Source of the DNA: Candidatus Microgenomatus sp.
GTDB lineage: Bacteria; Patescibacteriota; Microgenomatia; UBA1400; PJMF01
DNA: 60,586 bases
NCBI GenBank assembly: GCA_020724725.1
Contig: DYGL01000001.1
Span: 1 to 60,586 of the forward strand
Direction of reading: 5' to 3'
Part shown: piece after piece, positions 54,028 to 60,586 of the stretch
How the letters are laid out: the number at the start of each line of letters is the position of its first letter
Numbering within the stretch: position 1 is the stretch's first letter
The notes under the pieces: model-generated
Databases searched by the model: none
The model's input: the letters and a program-made list of their open reading frames with translations, nothing else
Told to the model about the DNA's origin: nothing
Position numbers and translations under genes: made by a program

Positions 54028-56706
54028 ATGGATTTAGCACATTTACGTCAAAAGCACCCGCGCCTCATTTATGAGGGTTTCAACCTACTTCAAGTTGACA
54101 AAGATTTGGTTTTAACTTTCAAACTAACTCTAGAGCCAGATCTAAAATTTGCCCCAACTTTAAAAATTAAAAATTTACCTCCAGAAATTTTGGAGCAAGT
54201 TAATGATCAAAAAACTCTCGACCCTACTCTTGAGCGCTTGTTTTTTCAGCTTGGCTTGGCAGAAATTCCTAGTTACTTCAAAGCCGCTTGCCCTGCTGAA
54301 GTGGTGATTAGACATCAAGGTCAAATTGAAACAGCTGCTTTGGATTTTTGGCAGGATCTGCTGATTAGGGGCTTGGGCGAGTTTTATTATCAAAATAAAA
54401 TTGATTTCACCCCCAAGAATTTCTTGCAGGTTAAAAGTGAATTAGTTGGTCAACCAGAAAATTTGAGCTTGAAAAAAAACTTTAAAAACCCAGGTGGCAG
54501 TAAAATTTTGATCCCAGTGGGCGGCGGGAAGGATTCGGCAACAGTCCTTGGAATGATTGAGGAGCGTCGTCTACCCTACGATGTTTTGTTGCTAGCTCCC
54601 CACGCTCCCGCCGCCAAGAAAATCGCCCTTCTTCTACAAAAAGAAGGCTTTTGCCAAAGAATTATTGAGGTAGAAAGAAGCATTGATCCAAAGCTCCTTG
54701 AGCTCAACCGACAAGGCTACTTTAACGGACACACTCCTTTTAGTGCTTATCTAGCTTTTTTGTCGAGCGCAATTGCCTATTTATTTGGCCAAGAAAAAAT
54801 TTTGCTGGGCAATGAAGCTTCCAGTGAAGAGGAGAATTTAATTTATTTGGGTCAAAAAATTAACCATCAATATTCCAAAAGCTTGGAATTTGAGAAAAAA
54901 TTCCAGAGTTACAGTCGCGACTTCCTTTTTCCAAAAGTCCAAGAAGCACCTCAATATTTGTCTCTACTTCGCTCGCTTTCTGAATTAGAAATCACTCAAA
55001 AACTTTGTGCTCTAGCCAAAAAAGACCAGCGCTTCACAGAAATTTTACATACTTTCAAAAGCTGCAATGTCGCTCAACAAAAAGATGCTTGGTGTCATAA
55101 CTGTCCCAAATGCGCTTTTGTCTTTACCATGCTAAGTGCTTATCTAGATGAAGAAGTGGTTAGTCGAGAAATTTTTCAGGAAAATTTACTAAACAAAGCA
55201 GCGTTAAAACAAACTTTTTTGGATTTGGCTGGTTTTGGTCAAAAAAAACCTTTCGAGTGTGTGGGGACTTTTGCTGAAGTGCGTCAAGCTTTGACACTAA
55301 ACTATCAAAAAAACCCTAGCCCTAATTCATTCTTGCGTGAAATACAGCAAAAAATCACTGCCTTGGAAATGATGGAAAAATTGAGTCAAAAATCAATTCT
55401 GATTCTAGGCATGGGTCGAGAAGGAATGTCGACTCTAACCTTCTTGCGTCAACATTTTCCGCACAAAAAAATCGCTGTGGCTGATGAACAAAACAAAGAA
55501 TTGCCTGACTCAGATTTAATCGTCAGCTATTTTGGACCAGACTATCTAGATAAACTTGATCAATATGAGCTGATTATCAAAACCGCTGGTATTCCTTTGC
55601 AAACTCCAGAAATTCAAGAGGCTGTCAAAAAAGGTACAGAAGTTTTATCCAACACTCAAATCTTTTTTGCTCTTTCACCTAGTTGGCATATTATTGGCAT
55701 TACTGGCACCAAAGGTAAAAGCACTACCAGCAAATTGCTCCATGAGATCCTACAAACTACTTATCCTGACACGGTTCTACTTGGCAATATTGGGGCAGCT
55801 CCACTTAGTAAGCTTGAACAAATCCAAGCTGAAACCCTCATTGTGGCAGAACTTTCCTGTCACCAACTGGCAGAATTAGAAGTTAGTCCTCATGTGGCAA
55901 TAGTTTTGGACATCAAAGAAGAGCATCTAGACTATTACAAAGATTTCAAAAGCTACTTCCAAGCCAAAAGCGCCATCGCTCGCTATCAAAAAAGCAATGA
56001 CTATCTGATCTACAATCCTGATTTAACTGGTGCCAAACAAATGGCTGAGCTTAGCAGCGCAAAAAAACTCACTCACTCGCTTCAAGCAGAATCAGGCGCT
56101 TTGGTTTGCCAAAAAGATAAAAAGCTTTTTTATCAAAACGAAGCCATCATTAATGTGGCTGAAATTCCCCTGATGGGTGAACATAATCTCTACAACGTCA
56201 TGCCCGCGCTGATTGCCGCCAAGCTTTTTGCCGTTACAAAAGAAAATATTCAAAAGGCAATCAAAGCCTTCAACAATCTTCCACACCGCTTGCAACTCGT
56301 CGCAGAAATAGCTGGAGTTAAATATTATGATGACTCAATTGCCGTTAATCCTCACGCCACGATTATGGCTATCAAAAGTTTTCCCAAAAACTCGGTGCTG
56401 CTTCTCGCAGGGGGTTACGAAAGAAATCAGGATTTTCAAGAGTTGGTGGAGGTGATGGCAGAATATCAGGTCAAAGCCTTATTTGCTCTACCCACTACTG
56501 GCGAGCGATTACTGAAAATGACCCAAGATAAATTTTTCCTATCGGCTCAGCTGGTGGATAATGTTCAGCAAGCAGTTGCTTTGGCTAAAGAACAAGCTCA
56601 TGTTGGAGATATTGTTCTGCTAAGCCCTGCTAGTGCCAGCTACAATAGTTTTGCCAATTACGAAGAAAGAGGAGCTGCTTTTGCTAAGGCAGTGAAAGAA
56701 TCATGA
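54028..56706 (+). CDS. murD: fusion protein: N-terminal PP-loop-like domain of unknown function + C-terminal MurD-type Mur ligase
   Basis: From residue ~455 on it is MurD: LGMGREG, GITGTKGKSTT, GEHNLYN, PHRLQ, DDSIAVNPHAT, LLAGGYERNQDF, LLSPASASYNSFANYEERG. Residues 1-450 carry PVGGGKDSATV and WCHNCPKCAF. Confidence 0.8.
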   Translation: MDLAHLRQKHPRLIYEGFNLLQVDKDLVLTFKLTLEPDLKFAPTLKIKNLPPEILEQVNDQKTLDPTLERLFFQLGLAEIPSYFKAACPAEVVIRHQGQIETAALDFWQDLLIRGLGEFYYQNKIDFTPKNFLQVKSELVGQPENLSLKKNFKNPGGSKILIPVGGGKDSATVLGMIEERRLPYDVLLLAPHAPAAKKIALLLQKEGFCQRIIEVERSIDPKLLELNRQGYFNGHTPFSAYLAFLSSAIAYLFGQEKILLGNEASSEEENLIYLGQKINHQYSKSLEFEKKFQSYSRDFLFPKVQEAPQYLSLLRSLSELEITQKLCALAKKDQRFTEILHTFKSCNVAQQKDAWCHNCPKCAFVFTMLSAYLDEEVVSREIFQENLLNKAALKQTFLDLAGFGQKKPFECVGTFAEVRQALTLNYQKNPSPNSFLREIQQKITALEMMEKLSQKSILILGMGREGMSTLTFLRQHFPHKKIAVADEQNKELPDSDLIVSYFGPDYLDKLDQYELIIKTAGIPLQTPEIQEAVKKGTEVLSNTQIFFALSPSWHIIGITGTKGKSTTSKLLHEILQTTYPDTVLLGNIGAAPLSKLEQIQAETLIVAELSCHQLAELEVSPHVAIVLDIKEEHLDYYKDFKSYFQAKSAIARYQKSNDYLIYNPDLTGAKQMAELSSAKKLTHSLQAESGALVCQKDKKLFYQNEAIINVAEIPLMGEHNLYNVMPALIAAKLFAVTKENIQKAIKAFNNLPHRLQLVAEIAGVKYYDDSIAVNPHATIMAIKSFPKNSVLLLAGGYERNQDFQELVEVMAEYQVKALFALPTTGERLLKMTQDKFFLSAQLVDNVQQAVALAKEQAHVGDIVLLSPASASYNSFANYEERGAAFAKAVKES

Positions 56707-58076
56707 AACAAAAACTAGCTCTACTAGTGCTCTACTACTTGAGATTTTTTGCTAAGCTCCAGCTACATAAAAACAAAAAAATGCAGATTATCGGCATCAC
56801 TGGGAGCGCCGGCAAAAGTAGCACTCGCGATGCACTTTACAGTGTTTTGCAAAGTAAATTCAAAGTCAAAGCTAGCTTCAAAGCCAATTCTGAATCAGGC
56901 ATTCCTCTTGATATTCTCGGTTTAGAAATGCGCTCTTACTCTGTTTTTGATTGGTTGAGAGTTCTCATTTTGGCCCCGATCAAAGTTCTCAGTTATTGGC
57001 CAAATTTTGATTATTACATTGTGGAAATGGGTATTGATAGTCCACTACCGCCAAAAAACATGAGTTTTCTTTTGAGTATCATTAAGCCACAAACTGGGAT
57101 TTTGTTGAATGCTGGCCTCAATCATGGCTTTGCCTTTGACCATTTGGTCAAGGAAAAAGATCCAAAAATACGCCGTCAAAGAATCACGCAGGAAATTGCT
57201 AAAGAAAAAGGCAAGCTAATTCTCTCTTTGCCAAAAACCAGCCTCGCTTTGCTTAATTTTGATGACAAAAATGTCAAAGCACTTGCTAAACAAACTATTG
57301 CTCCCATCTACTCTTTTGGCAGTCAAGCTGATTGTAATTGTCAACTACTTGATCAAGAAATAATCCTAAAAAACCAACAAGTTAAAACTCGATTTATTTT
57401 TCAACTCAAAGATTTGCAGGTTGGAGAAAAGCATAAATTAGAAATTGAAATCAACAATTTCTTGCTAGCCAAACATTATGGATATAGCCTGGCAGTGAGT
57501 ATTTTGTTGGGACTTAGGGCCAATTTAAGTCTTTCAGAAATCAAAGCTGCTTTAGAAAAGAAACTCAGCTTGCCAAAAGGCAGAGCTTCAGCAATTCAAG
57601 GCAAAAATCACAGCACCATCATCGATAGCTCCTACAATGCTTCCTCGATGAAAGACTTGATAGAAATGATTGGCCAAATCCAAAACCAGCAAGGTCGCAA
57701 ACTAGCTCTTCTAGGAGATCTTCGCGAACTTGGTGAGCAAAGTCCTTTAGTACACCAAGAAATTGCTAATTTGGCTAGCAAATACTTTGATCAAGTCTTT
57801 TTAGTTGGTCAAGAAATGAAGCGTTACGCCTTGCCCATTTTGCAAAAAAATTTAAAAAATAGAGTGAGCCATTTTGACAATTCTCTGGAAGCCGGCAAAC
57901 AAATTGCCACTCTACTTAGGAAGAATGACCTTATTTTGGTCAAAGGCTCACAAAACACCATTTTCTTGGAAGAAGCAGTCAAGATTATGATGCAAGAACC
58001 AGCAAAAGCTCGACAGCTACTCTGTCGTCAAAGCACTTGGTGGCTAAATCTCAAACGACAGGCCGCCACCAAATGA
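56703..58076 (+). CDS. murF: Mur ligase family protein, MurF-like
   Basis: Motifs GITGSAGKSSTRD, DSSYNASSMK and LGDLRELG. ATGA overlap with the upstream gene. Confidence 0.7.
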   Translation: MKQKLALLVLYYLRFFAKLQLHKNKKMQIIGITGSAGKSSTRDALYSVLQSKFKVKASFKANSESGIPLDILGLEMRSYSVFDWLRVLILAPIKVLSYWPNFDYYIVEMGIDSPLPPKNMSFLLSIIKPQTGILLNAGLNHGFAFDHLVKEKDPKIRRQRITQEIAKEKGKLILSLPKTSLALLNFDDKNVKALAKQTIAPIYSFGSQADCNCQLLDQEIILKNQQVKTRFIFQLKDLQVGEKHKLEIEINNFLLAKHYGYSLAVSILLGLRANLSLSEIKAALEKKLSLPKGRASAIQGKNHSTIIDSSYNASSMKDLIEMIGQIQNQQGRKLALLGDLRELGEQSPLVHQEIANLASKYFDQVFLVGQEMKRYALPILQKNLKNRVSHFDNSLEAGKQIATLLRKNDLILVKGSQNTIFLEEAVKIMMQEPAKARQLLCRQSTWWLNLKRQAATK

Positions 58077-59093
58077 ATCAATGTTTTTGAGCATTGTTGC
58101 AGCGCCCATGCTAGATAAAAGATCTGGCTCTCCAAGCAAAGCAACGGGTAAGTTTAATTTGGCACTCAGAAAATCTTCCAAACCTTGTATCTTAGCCAAA
58201 GCTCCAGAAAGCAACAAACCTTTTTGCAAAGCATCCTCAAGCAAGTCTGGCGGAATTTTGTCCAGCAAAGCCTTGCTCATTAGCTCCAACTCCAATTTGA
58301 ATTTATCTATGACAACCTGCAAATGATCGGTTTTAATTTTTAACTCTAAAGGATTGGCTAAAGTATTGGATTTGCCAAGCAAGGTCAGGCTTTTCTTGCT
58401 AGGAACAAGAGAAAAAACTTCTTTTTTTAACTGCTTGGCTCCACTTAGAGAAATTACAAAATTTTCCTCCAAAGCAAGCTGCTCCATAATTTCCAAATCC
58501 AAACGATTGCCAGCAAAATCACTTTGCTCATAAAACAACAAAGACCCAAGTGCCACAATGCCTAGTTGTAGGCTACCCGCCCCCATTTGTAAAAAAAATG
58601 TACCAGAAGAATCAGCCACTGGCACCCCAGCACCAATCGCCGCCGCCAAAGGTGAAGCAATCAAGTGAACTTTGGTAAAACCAAGGTCATAAAACAACTG
58701 ACTAAGCAACCTACGACTAAGAGCTGTAATTTTGGCGGAAGTAGTCAACATTAATTCTGGACTAAAAACCAAACCTCCAAAAGCTTTTTTTAGCAATTCT
58801 CTGAGCAAAACCAAAGCTGCTTCTTGATCCAAAATTCTACTATTAGAAAAAGGAAAAACTATTTCTGCCAAACTATCCAAGCGCCCTTGCATGGCCAAAG
58901 CCTCATTACCAATGGCCAATAATTTGTGATTGTCTTTGCGCCTAGCTAAGCAAGCCGCCTCTTCGATCAACTTGGCACGAAAATCAAGGGGAGAAAGCTC
59001 CCAAACCTCGCTTTTTAGATCGTCAACTTGGACAATTCTAATCGTGGCCGAACCCAGATCGATAGCAAGTTTTTTTGAAAGACTTTTGAACAT
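58044..59093 (-). CDS. MreB-like actin-fold protein with degenerate nucleotide-binding motifs
   Basis: Collinear with MreB: AIDLGSATIRIV, LLAIGNEALAMQGR, LIASPLAAAIGAGVPV, PPDL, and LPVALLGEPDL. However, DIGGGTT reads QMGAGSL and LTGGGA reads LSGALA. Confidence 0.65.
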   Translation of the reverse strand: MFKSLSKKLAIDLGSATIRIVQVDDLKSEVWELSPLDFRAKLIEEAACLARRKDNHKLLAIGNEALAMQGRLDSLAEIVFPFSNSRILDQEAALVLLRELLKKAFGGLVFSPELMLTTSAKITALSRRLLSQLFYDLGFTKVHLIASPLAAAIGAGVPVADSSGTFFLQMGAGSLQLGIVALGSLLFYEQSDFAGNRLDLEIMEQLALEENFVISLSGAKQLKKEVFSLVPSKKSLTLLGKSNTLANPLELKIKTDHLQVVIDKFKLELELMSKALLDKIPPDLLEDALQKGLLLSGALAKIQGLEDFLSAKLNLPVALLGEPDLLSSMGAATMLKNIDSFGGGLSFEI

Positions 59094-59116
59094 CTGCTTG
59101 TTATAATATCATTTGA

Positions 59117-60553
59117 ATGCCACACAAGTCTAAAAACTTTTTCAGTCGTTTTCTCGATATTATTAGCTCGAGAATTATTTACACTCTATTCTCTCTTGTG
59201 ATTATCGTGGTTGGTAGTTATTTTGCTATCCAATATGCTAGAGGCAGTTGGCGTATCACCAATAGCGGTATTGTTGCCAATGCTGGTCTACTCAATGCTA
59301 ATTCTTTTCCCATTGGAGCCCAAGTTTTTGTCAATGATAAATTGATCACCGCCACTGACGACACTATTTACTTGGAGCCAGATACTTATCAGGTTAAAAT
59401 CATCAAAGAGGGTTACTCTCCCTGGAGTAAAGAAATGATGATTCAAAGCGAATTGGTTGCTCAAACTAACGCTTTGCTCTTCCCCGTCGCCCCCAGCCTC
59501 ACCCCTCTCACTTTCACCGGCATTGATAATGTCAACCCTTCACCTGATGGTCAAAGAATTTTGTTCTTTACCAACCAAGCCGCCTCCAAACTCAAAAATG
59601 GTTTTTACGTTTTAGATCTAAACAGCAATTTTCTCTCCCTACAAAGCGGACCTAAACAAATCACTGATGACTTAGAGGATTTAGAGTTGGCCAAAGCTCA
59701 AATTATTTGGTCACCAGACAGCACAGAAATCATGATTTTGAGCAAAGAAAAAGAATTTTTGATTGGCACAGACAAGAAAATCAATCTTTCTGAACAAAAA
59801 GACATTAGTTTTCAAAAAAAAGAAATTCTCGCTTCATGGGAAAATGAAATCTACCTGCGTGAGAGACAATTCTTGGCTGAATTCCCCACTGAAGTAATCG
59901 ATTTAGCCAAAAACTTTGCCAAAAACGTCTATCTCTCTCCAGATAAAAAACGTCTGCTTTACACCGCTACAGACTCAGCCACCTTGGCTGACAACCTCAT
60001 TCCTCCTGTCCCAGCTACTAATACTCAAGAAGAGTCTCGCACCATCGAGCCTGGAGCAATCTACGTTTACGACCGAGAAGAAGATAAAAACTTCAAAATC
60101 TCCACTGTTAGCGCTTTGCCAGATCTTTTGAGTGAGAAAATTGCCAGTGCTTCTGGCAATTCAGCCAGTCCCTCTTCAATCTTAAACGTCGAAAAAAGTA
60201 TCCTCGCCAACGATCTAGAGCAAGCCAGTCCCAAATCACTTGAAGCCTCACCCACAGCCTTTAATCGCCTTCAGAAAGCCGATAATCTCTCTACTGCTCT
60301 CAGCTTTGCCAATTACTACACCGCCGCCAAACTCAACACCATTCAGTGGTTTCCTGATTCCAAACATTTGCTTTTTGTCGCTGATGGCAGAATTAGAATC
60401 ATGGAATACGATGGTCAAAACGATACTATCGTCTACTCTGGCCCTTTCGCCAACGACTTTGTTTACCCGTGGCCAGATGGTAGCAAGCTGATTATCAAGA
60501 CTAGCTTTAGTCCTGACTCACCCAACAATCTCTACGTCATTGATTTGAAATAA
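59117..60553 (+). CDS. PEGA-domain + TolB-like beta-propeller protein, N-terminally membrane-anchored
   Basis: TM helix and a PEGA motif (VFVNDK...YQVKIIKEGYSPW), followed by repeated (S/F)PDG/PDS blades (PSPDGQRILF, WSPDSTEIMI, LSPDKKRLLY, WFPDSKHLLF). Confidence 0.65.
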   Translation: MPHKSKNFFSRFLDIISSRIIYTLFSLVIIVVGSYFAIQYARGSWRITNSGIVANAGLLNANSFPIGAQVFVNDKLITATDDTIYLEPDTYQVKIIKEGYSPWSKEMMIQSELVAQTNALLFPVAPSLTPLTFTGIDNVNPSPDGQRILFFTNQAASKLKNGFYVLDLNSNFLSLQSGPKQITDDLEDLELAKAQIIWSPDSTEIMILSKEKEFLIGTDKKINLSEQKDISFQKKEILASWENEIYLRERQFLAEFPTEVIDLAKNFAKNVYLSPDKKRLLYTATDSATLADNLIPPVPATNTQEESRTIEPGAIYVYDREEDKNFKISTVSALPDLLSEKIASASGNSASPSSILNVEKSILANDLEQASPKSLEASPTAFNRLQKADNLSTALSFANYYTAAKLNTIQWFPDSKHLLFVADGRIRIMEYDGQNDTIVYSGPFANDFVYPWPDGSKLIIKTSFSPDSPNNLYVIDLK

Positions 60554-60557
60554 AAAA

Positions 60558-60586
60558 CGGAGTGTAGCGCAGATGGCTAGCGCGCG
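60558..60586 (+). tRNA. 5' part of a tRNA, truncated by the window end (identity undetermined)
   Basis: CGGAGTG-TA-GCGC-AGATGGCTA-GCGC fits an acceptor stem plus D arm. The anticodon is not in the window. Confidence 0.5.

Noticed and set aside
1-60586. Alternative genetic code (UGA recoding, as in some small-genome lineages).
   Set aside because: TGA terminates several well-defined genes at the expected protein ends (M50 protease at 35343-35345, the brnT-like gene, the murD fusion). Conserved proteins are full length under code 11.
1-60586. CRISPR arrays, transposases, integrases, or a prophage near the tRNA genes.
   Set aside because: No regularly spaced direct repeats were seen, and no ORF has recombinase, transposase or phage structural motifs. 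The tRNA-adjacent genes are housekeeping or orphan genes.

Overview
This is a 60.6-kb AT-rich, very gene-dense window of about 70 real genes with short or overlapping intergenic gaps. The content is almost entirely housekeeping and looks like a reduced-genome bacterium of the CPR/Patescibacteria type; that assignment is an inference from divergent core proteins, extended ribosomal proteins and many small orphan ORFs. The standard code applies: TGA is used as a stop (for example 35343-35345 and the ATGA overlaps) and the long ORFs are uninterrupted. Blocks from left to right: (1) tgt, an XRE regulator, radC, cysS and hpf. (2) A tightly coupled minus-strand pyrimidine operon, argG-MGS fusion / CodA-like amidohydrolase / pyrD / pyrE / pyrF. 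(3) A deoxynucleotide/cofactor block: recR, tmk, dut, an MBL hydrolase, a RibD_C/DHFR-like gene, a CofE-like gene, a divergent thyA, a HIT protein, an extended dCMP deaminase, nadE and nadD. (4) topA and dprA. (5) The rod/peptidoglycan genes mrdA-mreD-mreC. (6) An O-antigen-ligase/TPR protein, def and fmt. (7) tRNA-Trp, rpmG and a tRNA-Thr/Tyr/Thr cluster. (8) galU, a Cys-rich surface protein and secE-nusG-rplK-rplA. (9) A 5.3-kb interruption (brnT/brnA-like TA pair, thrS, a DUF2207 protein) before rplJ-rplL. (10) An HTH protein, tagA, a fusion of an unknown PP-loop domain with murD, a murF-like gene, a divergent mreB-like gene, a PEGA/beta-propeller protein and a truncated tRNA. I saw no CRISPR array, transposase, integrase or rRNA. 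The most interesting candidates are: the pyrimidine operon that lacks carAB/pyrB/pyrC and instead carries an ArgG-MGS fusion plus a cytosine-deaminase-family amidohydrolase; the PP-loop-domain/MurD fusion (possible MurL/MurD2-type route); a 50-nt inverted repeat bracketing the TA-thrS module inside the broken rplKAJL cluster; an exact 20-nt GC-rich hairpin present twice; and a ~150-nt strand-asymmetric long-stem RNA candidate upstream of the tRNA cluster. All functional calls are by-eye motif recognition. No searches were run.
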